From Spirochaetota bacterium (GTDB lineage: Bacteria > Spirochaetota > UBA6919 > CBDBPB01), in NCBI GenBank assembly GCA_965208615.1, contig CBDBPB010000004.1, positions 256,001 to 320,000 on the forward strand: a DNA stretch of 64,000 nucleotides. Reading direction: 5' to 3'. This document shows positions 19,926 through 29,575 of this stretch, piece after piece (the first letter of the stretch is position 1; every line of letters begins with the position of its first letter). The position numbers and the translations under genes were made by a program. Below the pieces are notes generated by a model, which saw nothing but the letters and a program-made list of their open reading frames with translations, did no database searches and was not told where the DNA came from.

Positions 19926-20492
19926 TTAGCTAAAGTCAAAAAATAGCTCTAAAAACTGCTTCAGTATTAAAGCAGTGGCACCCCAAATAATATGTTGTTT
20001 GTAATAAAAAAAATGTACAAGATTATGGGAGTCAGGAATATCTAAAATACTTTTTTTTTCATATTTCGATTTCTTCGTTAAATAAGATATCGGGATGATT
20101 ATTAACTCTTCTATTTCTGTTTTGTTTATCCTAAAGTAATACGGATAAGGTATAATAGCAATAAATGGAGTAATAATAAAATGAGTTTTTATAGTTAGAA
20201 TATCATCCAGAATACCAATAAGCTTTATATCTTTTTTCTCAACACCAATTTCTTCATAACACTCCCTTAATACACAGTCAAAAAGACTATTATCTTTTTT
20301 ATCCATTGTTCCGCCAGGAAAAGATATCTCACCCTTGTGATATTTAACCATATTACTGCGTTTAGTAAAAAGTATATTAGCCTGGTTATCTTTATATAAT
20401 ATAGGTAGTAAGACAGCTGATGGGATTAGTCCATCTATATTGTGAATCTTACGAACTCTTTCCGACAATACCTTTTTCATTTTATTAATCAT
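19926..20492 (-). CDS. Nudix CoA pyrophosphatase (NudL/PCD1 family)
   Basis: Motifs SAVLLP, LFTKRS...HKGEISFPGG, LRECYEEIG, IWGATA. Confidence 0.9.
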   Translation of the reverse strand: MINKMKKVLSERVRKIHNIDGLIPSAVLLPILYKDNQANILFTKRSNMVKYHKGEISFPGGTMDKKDNSLFDCVLRECYEEIGVEKKDIKLIGILDDILTIKTHFIITPFIAIIPYPYYFRINKTEIEELIIIPISYLTKKSKYEKKSILDIPDSHNLVHFFYYKQHIIWGATALILKQFLELFFDFS

Positions 20493-20537
20493 TTATCGAC
20501 CTCGTCGATAAATATAGTATATTATAAAAAAATGCCC

Positions 20538-20565
20538 TTGACAAAAAAAAAAAATCAATTATATT
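20538..20565 (+). promoter_or_regulatory. sigma70-type promoter of the tRNA-Lys/tRNA-Glu pair
   Basis: TTGACA-16 nt-TATATT, ending 13 nt before tRNA-Lys. An A12 run spans 20543-20554. Confidence 0.7.
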
Positions 20566-20578
20566 TAACTTTTATGTT

Positions 20579-20651
20579 GGGCCGCTAGCTCAGTTGGTAG
20601 AGCAACACCCTTTTAAGGTGAGGGTCGAAGGTTCGACTCCTTCGCGGCTCA
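20579..20651 (+). tRNA. tRNA-Lys(TTT)
   Basis: Cloverleaf: acceptor GGGCCGC/GCGGCTC, D-arm GCTC/GAGC, anticodon loop CTTTTAA, T-arm GAAGG-TTCGACT-CCTTC. CCA not encoded. Confidence 0.93.
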
Positions 20652-20658
20652 TTTATAT

Positions 20659-20730
20659 GTCTCCTTCGTCTAGGGGTTAGGACACTGGGTTTTCATCCCA
20701 GCAACAGGGGTTCAAATCCCCTAGGAGATG
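20659..20730 (+). tRNA. tRNA-Glu(TTC)
   Basis: Acceptor GTCTCCT/AGGAGAT, anticodon arm CTGGG-TTTTCAT-CCCAG, T-arm AGGGG-TTCAAAT-CCCCT. CCA not encoded. Confidence 0.93.
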
Positions 20731-20831
20731 ATATAATTTATACAGCCTTCCACTATTCAATAATTATCCTTAAGATTTTTTAATTTTCATCGACAATATT
20801 CTATGTAGCTAATCTACATGGAGGTTTATAA

Positions 20832-20993
20832 ATGCTTGATCCTAATGTAGTTAAAAGGATTATGAACTCATTTCATTGTATGAAGGATCATATCAACAAT
20901 ATAGAAAAAGAATACTCTAAACTTATTGAAAAAAGAAAATCCTATTGCAAAGAAAAAGAAAGCAATAACTTTGTAAACCTACAAAGTGAATAA
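20832..20993 (+). CDS. Small hypothetical protein (53 aa, below the ORF-track cutoff)
   Basis: GGAGGT Shine-Dalgarno 6 nt before the ATG; translates as MLDPNVVKRIMNSFHCMKDHINNIEKEYSKLIEKRKSYCKEKESNNFVNLQSE*. Confidence 0.55.
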   Translation: MLDPNVVKRIMNSFHCMKDHINNIEKEYSKLIEKRKSYCKEKESNNFVNLQSE

Positions 20994-21117
20994 CATATAA
21001 TAGTTATTTAGCTAAGAATATATACAAAAAACATTGTTAAAAGTTAATTGCATAAAACGTCTTAGTAATTTATCAAAGTGGTAAGCCTTTAGCCTTAAGA
21101 ATATTTAAGTATTTTAA

Positions 21118-22884
21118 CTATAGAATCTCAAACTGTTTACAGAATAACTCATAACTAGGATTACCTTTTAGAAATTTAACATCATCTATATTTAGCTGAC
21201 TCTGTTTTATAAACATGTGATGTATGTTTTTTTTGGAATCTGTTAACTCTATTTTTAATAGTCCTAGTGAACTAACAGCTCGACTCCGCTGTTCTTTTTC
21301 TATTCCTTTAAAGTCATTTAGAGTATATATCTTTTTATCAGGCAGTCTTGAGGAATATTCTTTAGAGTCATGAACTACAATACCATTATATTTACTTTTT
21401 TTAGTACCACGTTCTTTTCTTTTTATCAGCATCTTATAAACTTTACTTTTTGATAAAATACTTTTTACTTTATTATAATCCTCTTCTTTGGCTTTTAGCT
21501 CTAGAAAAACTTGTTTAACATCCTTAGCTTTAGACTCCAGGATATAAAAAGCTTTTGATAAAACATCAAATTGTTCTTTACCGAGTTTAGTCTTATTATA
21601 AAAATTACCATTATATAAATATATTATAGCATTTATAAGTTGCGACTTTGCTATTAGGTATGTATTATTTAGAGAATGGATTAACATAACCTCATTGGGA
21701 ATAGTATTTATAAAGTCATCCACAAATTTACGTTGTAGACCTTTAGACTTAAAAAAGTAAATAAGCTCTTCTTTAACAATAAGCTGTGGAAGATTGTGTA
21801 TAAAACCTTTTATTATATTAAAATTGTTTTTTAGTAAAGATGGATCCTCTAAGTAGTTTGTTATTATAGGATTTAAAAAGTCATTATCCAGCTCTAATAT
21901 AGAAAAGCGTTTTAAAGCAAGAAATGGATCCTTTTCTAAAGAAAGCCATATATTTAAAATTAGATTAGCTAAATTAAAGTCATCTAAAGATATTTGTTTA
22001 CCATGCTTTTTAGCCTCTAGGATAATAAAACATAAAAAGTAAACTCTTTGAGAGTTAGAATAAATTATTTCATCTTCTAGAATCTTAAATTCATATTTAT
22101 TAAAAAGAGCTGTTAAGTTCTTAGATATTTGAGGAAAACGATATTTTAGATAAGGAATTAGCTTGTTAGAGCTAAAAGCCTTCATTATATTTTCGCTGAC
22201 CTTTCCGAGTATAAGGTAATCGTTGTATCTTTCTTTATTGTTTATTTTTTCTAAAAGAGGTACTTTAGCAAGTTCACCGCTTAAAATTAGTAGGTGTATC
22301 AAGTTATTTAGCCATGGATAGTAATCTGGCATATTGGATAGGGTTTCTTTTATAGATAATATATTTGAATCCGGATAATTATAATCTTCAATTTTTTTTA
22401 TGACAAGCTCTTTAATGGTTTTTTTTGCATTATCAATTATATTGTTTTCAAGGTTTGTATCAAGCTGACGAAGATAGTACTTTTTTTTTACTTTTAGAGT
22501 ATCATCCTTTATTCTAACACAGGGTACAGTTCTTATAATATTTTCTTTTATCAAGATTTTTATATTATCGTCGATTAGCTTTTTTGTTTCTACGCTAATC
22601 TTTTTTAGTGCATCATTTTTACTATTTTCTGTTTTATACCAGCTTATAGTATTAATATACTGTTTATATTTATCATATCTATATTTTGGTGTTATTATAT
22701 TTTCATTATTATTTATAAGCTCTTCTTCTGTAAGATATAGCTTTTTCTTTATGGAATGATTAACAAAAACTGATAAGGTTGCCTTAATTAATTTTTTATC
22801 AAAAGTTGATGGATACTTAAATGCAAGAAGATGAAAATCAATTTTTGGATACTTTTTAGATATAACATATATTTCTTTTTCCAT
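21118..22884 (-). CDS. Hypothetical protein (588 aa)
   Basis: Long ORF in an AT-rich genome; no signal peptide, TM helix or family recognised. Confidence 0.75.
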   Translation of the reverse strand: MEKEIYVISKKYPKIDFHLLAFKYPSTFDKKLIKATLSVFVNHSIKKKLYLTEEELINNNENIITPKYRYDKYKQYINTISWYKTENSKNDALKKISVETKKLIDDNIKILIKENIIRTVPCVRIKDDTLKVKKKYYLRQLDTNLENNIIDNAKKTIKELVIKKIEDYNYPDSNILSIKETLSNMPDYYPWLNNLIHLLILSGELAKVPLLEKINNKERYNDYLILGKVSENIMKAFSSNKLIPYLKYRFPQISKNLTALFNKYEFKILEDEIIYSNSQRVYFLCFIILEAKKHGKQISLDDFNLANLILNIWLSLEKDPFLALKRFSILELDNDFLNPIITNYLEDPSLLKNNFNIIKGFIHNLPQLIVKEELIYFFKSKGLQRKFVDDFINTIPNEVMLIHSLNNTYLIAKSQLINAIIYLYNGNFYNKTKLGKEQFDVLSKAFYILESKAKDVKQVFLELKAKEEDYNKVKSILSKSKVYKMLIKRKERGTKKSKYNGIVVHDSKEYSSRLPDKKIYTLNDFKGIEKEQRSRAVSSLGLLKIELTDSKKNIHHMFIKQSQLNIDDVKFLKGNPSYELFCKQFEIL

Positions 22885-22991
22885 GAGATAACTATAACCT
22901 TAAAATCGCCCAATAATAGCATATTTGTATACCTAATATGCCTAAATTAATTAACACCTAAAGCTAAAGTTTAAAATGTAGCAATTATTAG

Positions 22992-23438
22992 TTATTTTGC
23001 CTTACTATTTAAAAGTAAAGTTACAGGTCCCCAATTAATCAGTTTTATATTCATCATGGCGGCAAACTTACCTGTGGCAGGAGTAATATTATACTTACTT
23101 ACTCTTTCTATGAATTTGTTATATAATATTTTTGCTTTAGCAGGCTCCATTGCAATGGAATAAGATGGTCGTCTTCCTTTACTAATGTCTCCGTATAGCG
23201 TAAACTGAGATACGATCATAAGTTCGGCAGAAATATCCAAAAGGGATAAGTTCATAATATTTTCTTCATCGGGAAAAATACGAAGGTTTATCATTTTATC
23301 TACCAAATAGTTAATATCATTTTGATCATCGTTATTAGCTATTCCAAGTAGTACTAATATTCCTTTTCCAATGGTCGAGTAGCAATGTTCATTTATCCAA
23401 ACTTCTGCACTAATAACTCTTTGAATTACTAACCTCAT
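22992..23438 (-). CDS. dtd: D-aminoacyl-tRNA deacylase
   Basis: Motifs MRLVIQRV, LRIF, VSQFTLYG, KGRRPS, TGKFAAMM, NWGPVT. Confidence 0.95.
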   Translation of the reverse strand: MRLVIQRVISAEVWINEHCYSTIGKGILVLLGIANNDDQNDINYLVDKMINLRIFPDEENIMNLSLLDISAELMIVSQFTLYGDISKGRRPSYSIAMEPAKAKILYNKFIERVSKYNITPATGKFAAMMNIKLINWGPVTLLLNSKAK

Positions 23439-23637
23439 ATAACTCCTTAAAAAATTGGTTTATCACTTAATAAATATTTACTATAATTATAATATGGGCA
23501 ATATAATAATCTTTAAACTTTTTTATAAAAAATTAATTGAAATATATAACATATTATTTAACATAAAGATAGATAACTTTATTGAAGTATAAAAAAATTA
23601 GTCAACCTAACAAGTTAATATAAATAAGGAGACCCTT

Positions 23638-26250
23638 ATGTTTATTAATTATCTAATATTAAGTATATCAATCCTTCTCCCGCTAATACCAGTAGTTATA
23701 TACTGGAAAAAGATTCTTAAGTTTTCTAAAAATAAAAAGATATTAACTGGATCATTAATTGGCCTTTATATTGGAGTAATACTCGCTCAACTCCATATAA
23801 ATGGACTTTTAACAAATTGGGAATATCTATTAACCAAAAATATTACCGTTAGCTATACCAATCGTTTTGACAACCTAAAACGAAAAGAAAAAAGTAAAAA
23901 TACTAAAATTAATAATAGTAAAATCGTATACGGTATTATTAGTCAGCGGTCATTAAACACTGCACAAGCTGAGTTTAACATGGGATGGCCTTGGAGAAGA
24001 AAAACTTATGCCTTCATAATTGATTTTCTAAATCAAAGTGGAGCAAAACTATTTATATTCGATTTTATATTTTCAGAAAAGTCTGTTTATCGTACAGCTG
24101 AGTATCCTAATAACAAAGGGCTATATCCACCAGAGGATGACGATCTTTTTTTTAGTCAGGCAATAAGTTCTATTGATAATACTGTTTTAGGCTTTACCCT
24201 TGGAAAACCTGAAAATAAAACCCTAAAAGATATGGAAAAAAAGCTTTCTGAACAAAAGACTTTCATTCGCTATGCAAAAGCTTTTAAACTGCCTTATAAC
24301 AATGTGGATAAGAAATCCATAATTAAACAAATAACAGAAAAACTTTATATGAGAAAATATAAAGACGATATCAAACACTATACCGTTGACCTAGTCAAAA
24401 GCAAGCTTAATAGTCCTAGCATATCCTTAAAGAAGTATTATACAATACAGCCTCCTTATAAAAAATATATACCAAATGCTCCCTATATAGGCTCTGTAGT
24501 TGGAGTGGATGCCTCTGAAGGAGATATTGTAAAAACTCCATTAATAGTAGAATACAATAAAAAGTATTATCCTACTTTACCCTTTGCATCATATTTGGCA
24601 ATTAAGAAAACTAAAAAAGTCACTCTAGAAGATAGATACCTTATTGTGGGGAATAGTAAAATACCTTTGGATAAAAATGCTAACCTAAGACTAAAATATT
24701 ATGGATGGGCTAATAAAAAAAACTCCTCTTATGACGACTTTAACTTAATTGATATTTTAACCTTACAAAAAAAGGCCTTTTATATATATGACAAATACAT
24801 AGAGCTAATAGGCAAGGTTGACTTCCCGGTAGAAGACTTATATCAAAATAAAAAGAAATACGATAAACTTTTTAATGATTTAAAAGCTAAAATGCCTAAC
24901 AGTAAGGTATTTATAAAGAACTATAAACTAAACAAATATGAAATAAGGTTAATTAACGCTGATCTAAAAAATAAGTATGTTATGTTTGCTGGTATTGCTC
25001 CTGGACTACTTGATTTAAGGCCTACTCCTGTAAACCAACAAGAAGCAGGTGCACATATTCATGTTACGGCTTTGGATAACCTTTTGCAAGAGGACTTTTT
25101 ATATAAATGGCCTAAACTTTGGACTGCTGGACTAATCCTTATTTTATCTGTAGGAACAGGCCTTCTAACCGTTGGATACTCTATGTTAAGGTCTATTATT
25201 ATGTGGTTATTCATTACTATAATTGTTATTTTAGCTGGAATTATACTATATACTAATTTCAATTATGTTGTGGATATACTTATACCTATAGTATCTGTAT
25301 TTTTGGTATTTCTTTTTGGTTTAATACTGGGTTATATCGCTGAACAAAAAGAAAAAGGCTTTATTAAAGGAGCTTTTGGACAATATCTATCCCCTAAGGT
25401 AATAGATATTTTAATAAAAGATCCCACTAAGTTGGGTCTGGGAGGGCAAGAAAGAGAGATTACTGCATTTTTTTCCGATGTTGCTGGATTCTCCACCATA
25501 TCCGAAAAACTTACTGCTGAACAGTTAGTCTCACTGCTAAATATATATTTAACTGATATGTGTAATGTTGTAGCCAAATATCACGGAACTGTGGATAAGT
25601 TTGAGGGTGATGCTATTATTTCTTTTTGGGGTGCACCTCTTGATGAAGAAAAACATGCTAAGTTAGCCTGCTACTCTAGCATTGAAATGCAGGAATCCCT
25701 TGTGGAACTGAGAAATAGGTGGACTAAAGAAAAACAACATGAGCTTATTTGTAATATGAAAATGCGTGTGGGACTAAATACTGGTCTTGCTGTCATTGGG
25801 AATATGGGGTCAAAAACTCGTATGGACTACACTATGATGGGGGATACTGTTAATCTAGCCGCAAGATTAGAAGGGGCAAATAAGTTTTACTCAACATATA
25901 ATATGATCTCTCAGTCTACGTATAACCAGGCAAAGAATTATATTGAAGCAAGAGAACTTGATAAAATTATGGTGGTAGGAAAAAAAGAATCTGTTGTGGT
26001 ATACGAACTCATTGCAAAAAAAGGTCAGTTAAACCCAAAAACTGCCGATGCTCTTGGAATATACATAACTGCAATAGAACTATATAAAAAACAAGACTTT
26101 ACAAAAGCAATATCAAAATTTAAAGATGTCCTTAATATTATACCGGATGACGGCCCATCAAATACCTATATCGAAAGATGTAAAGAATATATAAACAATC
26201 CCCCTAAAAATGACTGGGACGGTATATATATATTAACTTCAAAAGGTTAA
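23638..26250 (+). CDS. CHASE2-domain class III adenylate cyclase with C-terminal TPR-like tail
   Basis: CHASE2 motifs GWPWRR, FDFIFSE, DLRPTP, GAHIH. Three TM helices, then cyclase motifs FFSDVAGFSTISE, VDKFEGDAI, RVGLNTG, DYTMMGDTVNLAARLEG. Tail DGPS...WDG. Confidence 0.92.
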   Translation: MFINYLILSISILLPLIPVVIYWKKILKFSKNKKILTGSLIGLYIGVILAQLHINGLLTNWEYLLTKNITVSYTNRFDNLKRKEKSKNTKINNSKIVYGIISQRSLNTAQAEFNMGWPWRRKTYAFIIDFLNQSGAKLFIFDFIFSEKSVYRTAEYPNNKGLYPPEDDDLFFSQAISSIDNTVLGFTLGKPENKTLKDMEKKLSEQKTFIRYAKAFKLPYNNVDKKSIIKQITEKLYMRKYKDDIKHYTVDLVKSKLNSPSISLKKYYTIQPPYKKYIPNAPYIGSVVGVDASEGDIVKTPLIVEYNKKYYPTLPFASYLAIKKTKKVTLEDRYLIVGNSKIPLDKNANLRLKYYGWANKKNSSYDDFNLIDILTLQKKAFYIYDKYIELIGKVDFPVEDLYQNKKKYDKLFNDLKAKMPNSKVFIKNYKLNKYEIRLINADLKNKYVMFAGIAPGLLDLRPTPVNQQEAGAHIHVTALDNLLQEDFLYKWPKLWTAGLILILSVGTGLLTVGYSMLRSIIMWLFITIIVILAGIILYTNFNYVVDILIPIVSVFLVFLFGLILGYIAEQKEKGFIKGAFGQYLSPKVIDILIKDPTKLGLGGQEREITAFFSDVAGFSTISEKLTAEQLVSLLNIYLTDMCNVVAKYHGTVDKFEGDAIISFWGAPLDEEKHAKLACYSSIEMQESLVELRNRWTKEKQHELICNMKMRVGLNTGLAVIGNMGSKTRMDYTMMGDTVNLAARLEGANKFYSTYNMISQSTYNQAKNYIEARELDKIMVVGKKESVVVYELIAKKGQLNPKTADALGIYITAIELYKKQDFTKAISKFKDVLNIIPDDGPSNTYIERCKEYINNPPKNDWDGIYILTSKG

Positions 26251-26284
26251 AAATAATAGGTTTTTATTTTAAGTAGATAAAATT

Positions 26285-26355
26285 AGCGAGTGAAGGGAAT
26301 CGAACCCTCATGAACAGCTTGGAAGGCTGTCGTTCTACCATTGAACTACACTCGC
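26285..26355 (-). tRNA. tRNA-Gly(TCC)
   Basis: Minus strand: acceptor GCGAGTG/CACTCGC, anticodon arm ACAGC-CTTCCAA-GCTGT, T-arm GAGGG-TTCGATT-CCCTT. CCA not encoded. Confidence 0.94.
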
Positions 26356-26623
26356 ATATTTAAAATTTAAAATTAATTAATTTAATTAAAAAGTCAATCT
26401 TTTTTAAAGAAAAGCCATTTACTTAAAAAAAATATACGTTATTACTTAAATTATATAAAATGTTATTAAATAAAGCATTTCTAAATATAATAACTTTGCT
26501 ATAACAATTTTTAGTAATTTTTGTCATTGACCATTGTATAGGTTTATGTTATTCTTTTTATTAAATTTTAAATATAATTTAGTGTGTTCTAATAAATTAT
26601 AAAACTAAAATAGAGGACGATTA

Positions 26624-29155
26624 ATGAAAAATAGCAATCCTATTATTAACTTCTTTTTTGGGAATAAGATTAAAATATTATTTATCACTCTTCCATTACT
26701 CATGCTAACTATTGGAACTATATTATTTTGGTTTTATTATCAATCTGCATATAAAAAATGGGATAATGATAAAGAAATACATATAAGCACATTAGTAAAT
26801 TATTATAGAGAGATAGATAGAAAAGTTAATCCTGTTCACTACAAAAAACCTATATATAGTAAACTGACCGTTGACTCTAACTCACATAGGGTGAATTTTA
26901 CAACGTTTATATATGATATAAAAGGAAGGCGAATAGGTCGATTTTCTTTAGAAGATAGAAGTATGATAGGACTAAAAAATGTATCCAATAACTTTATAGA
27001 TGCTGTTTTGGCTACTGAAGATAGAGGTTTTTATCATCATAATGGAATAAGTTATAAGTCATTATTAAGAGCTATATTACTTAATATTAAAAAATTAAGA
27101 CTACACCAGGGTGGGAGTACAATAACTCAACAATTAGCTAAGGTCTTGATTAGAATGGAACTTAGAAAACGAGAGAGAACTATAGAAAGAAAACTATATG
27201 AACTGTTTATGGCAAAGGAAATTGAAAGACTATACGGTAAAAATGACATCCTAATGATGTATATTAATAAAATTTTCTTTGGACACAATGTTTATGGTAT
27301 AGAAGAAGCATCAAAGTTTTATTTTAATAAGTCTGCTAAAAAACTAAGTATAGGTGAAAGTGCATTATTAGCTGGCTTAATAGCTAATCCAAGTGCCTTT
27401 TCTCCTATTAAAAATTACGAAAATGCTAAAGCACGACATCTTAGAGTATTAGAGGGTATTGCTAAGTTTACTAAACTTGATAAGGATTATAAAATCATAC
27501 ATAGTGAGTTTTGGAAAAACCATGATTTTAAAAATAAAAAAAATAGAAAAGTGTTTGTTAGATTCAAAAGAGCGCCTTCAGTTGGATACGTTATAGAAGA
27601 AGTTCGTAGAGAAATGATACAAAAATTAAAAAAAATGTTTAATGGTGACGTTCAAAAAGCAGCTAATTTATTATACACTAAAGGATGGCATATTACAACA
27701 TCGATTGACATAGATATACAAAGAATTGCTAAAAAACAACTAAAAATGGGCTTATTAAATTACAGAAAGAAAATTAAAGGTCTTAAACGCTTACGCGGCT
27801 CCTTGAATAAGGTGCAAGGGGCAATAGTTGTATTAGACCCTAGTAATGGACATATAAAAGCTTTTGTAGGAGGTGAGGAGTTTAAAAGAAATAATCAATT
27901 TAATCGGGTGTATCAAGCTTATCGTCAACCAGGATCAGCATTCAAACCTATTACATACCTAGCCGCTTTAGAAAGACGAGCTAATAGTAGGCATATAACT
28001 CCTTATACTATGGTTAAAGACTCCTTTGAGCCTATAGAAATGCAAAATGGAACACTTTGGAAAGTAAGAAATTATAGAAATCACTATACAAATAAATATC
28101 TTAATCTATATAAAGCATTAAAAATATCGAGTAATCAAGTTGCTGCAAGATTAATAAAAGAGATTGGCGTAGAAAAAATAAGAGAAATTGTCAGACGTTC
28201 TTTAGGATGGGATGAACAAACTGCTATAAAAAAGTTGCCAGATGGTCAATATTCCATAGCACTTGGCTCTGTAGAGATGACTCCGCTAGAAATTGCACAA
28301 CTTTATGCAATGATAGCAAATAAAGGTGTTGCAATAAAACCTAAATTGATCCTTGGAATTAAAGACGTAGTTGGAGAAACAATTGTTCTTGGAGATGATA
28401 GTCAATCATCTGATAATAATAATATTCGTGTTGTATCAAAAGAATCTGCTTATCAAATTACCGATATGATGAGAGGCGTCCTTGAACCAGGAGGAACCGG
28501 TGGACAAATTAAAAAACTCGCTGGTATAAAATTTGATATTGCTGGAAAAACTGGTACCAGCCAAGAACATAGAGATATGTGGTTTGCCGGTTTTACACCA
28601 CAGATGGCTACAGTAGTTTGGATTGGTCATGATCAAAATAAATCCCTTAGTGGAGGCGGAGGTAGTGTAGCTGGACCTATCTTTGGTCGTTTTATGAAAA
28701 AGGTATCCCAAAAAATTAAATTTACTCAGTTTAATTATGATAAAAGCTATAACCTTAGAAAAATAAAGGTTTGCAGAGACTCAGGAAAAGTTGCCGTAGA
28801 GGGTAGGTGTACCAATATAGACTATTATGCCGTATTTAAAATCGGAAGAGAGCCAAGAGATTATTGCGAGCTTGAACATAATGACTCCATCGATAGGGCT
28901 GAACAACTTTTTAATCCAGAAACTGATAAACATCATATTGATTATACTATATCAAAAGATAAAAAGAGTCCGGTAACTAATAACAGCGACTTTGATGACC
29001 ATGAATCAAAAAAAAACGATAAACTAATACCCAAAATAGATGATAACGAAACTAGCCTTATAGATTTAGAAAGTAGAAAAAAAACTGATGGTGGTGATAT
29101 TAAAAAAACTCATCCTATGTTCTTAGAAGAAGAAGAACTTAAAGAGAAAAATTAA
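26624..29155 (+). CDS. Class A penicillin-binding protein (PBP1A family)
   Basis: Transglycosylase motifs EDRGFYHHNG, QGGSTITQQLAK, RKLYE. Transpeptidase motifs GSAFKP (SxxK), SSN and KTGT. Confidence 0.93.
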   Translation: MKNSNPIINFFFGNKIKILFITLPLLMLTIGTILFWFYYQSAYKKWDNDKEIHISTLVNYYREIDRKVNPVHYKKPIYSKLTVDSNSHRVNFTTFIYDIKGRRIGRFSLEDRSMIGLKNVSNNFIDAVLATEDRGFYHHNGISYKSLLRAILLNIKKLRLHQGGSTITQQLAKVLIRMELRKRERTIERKLYELFMAKEIERLYGKNDILMMYINKIFFGHNVYGIEEASKFYFNKSAKKLSIGESALLAGLIANPSAFSPIKNYENAKARHLRVLEGIAKFTKLDKDYKIIHSEFWKNHDFKNKKNRKVFVRFKRAPSVGYVIEEVRREMIQKLKKMFNGDVQKAANLLYTKGWHITTSIDIDIQRIAKKQLKMGLLNYRKKIKGLKRLRGSLNKVQGAIVVLDPSNGHIKAFVGGEEFKRNNQFNRVYQAYRQPGSAFKPITYLAALERRANSRHITPYTMVKDSFEPIEMQNGTLWKVRNYRNHYTNKYLNLYKALKISSNQVAARLIKEIGVEKIREIVRRSLGWDEQTAIKKLPDGQYSIALGSVEMTPLEIAQLYAMIANKGVAIKPKLILGIKDVVGETIVLGDDSQSSDNNNIRVVSKESAYQITDMMRGVLEPGGTGGQIKKLAGIKFDIAGKTGTSQEHRDMWFAGFTPQMATVVWIGHDQNKSLSGGGGSVAGPIFGRFMKKVSQKIKFTQFNYDKSYNLRKIKVCRDSGKVAVEGRCTNIDYYAVFKIGREPRDYCELEHNDSIDRAEQLFNPETDKHHIDYTISKDKKSPVTNNSDFDDHESKKNDKLIPKIDDNETSLIDLESRKKTDGGDIKKTHPMFLEEEELKEKN

Positions 29156-29230
29156 AACATTTAATAAATAATTGTAATAAGCTCCAATATTATTGTGTAT
29201 ATAAAGTAGCAACAACAAAAGGAGTTTATT

Positions 29231-29500
29231 ATGACTTTAAATGATCTTCAAAAAAACGACTTTTATAAGGGCTTAAAAAAAACTGCTGAACTCATCTCTA
29301 ACAATATAGGATATCTTGATATAAAGACCGTTGAAAATCGTATTCAACAAACAATAGGTATATTAAACCTAATAGAAAAACTAAACGTTAATGAAAAACA
29401 CTTTAAAAAAATTATTATAACCTCTTTAAAATTACTTTATAAAAGAAAAAAAGAGTTGCAGTTTGGATATATTGAAAAAAATCTGTATTGTTGTGTTTAA
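29231..29500 (+). CDS. Hypothetical protein (89 aa)
   Basis: Strong AAGGAG RBS; helical; ends YCCV. Confidence 0.6.
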   Translation: MTLNDLQKNDFYKGLKKTAELISNNIGYLDIKTVENRIQQTIGILNLIEKLNVNEKHFKKIIITSLKLLYKRKKELQFGYIEKNLYCCV

Positions 29501-29575
29501 CTTGACCTATTAATTGTATAGCTTAGCTAATACTTTTTTATAGCTCTAATTTATTATTAACAAAAGGAGTAAAAA

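Noticed and set aside
18818-20730. Functional link between hemB and tRNA-Glu (C5 tetrapyrrole pathway)
   Set aside because: They are on opposite strands, separated by a Nudix gene, and hemA/hemL are not nearby; probably coincidence.
20579-26355. Genomic island integrated at the tRNAs
   Set aside because: No integrase, no duplicated tRNA 3' end was noticed, and the enclosed genes include housekeeping dtd.
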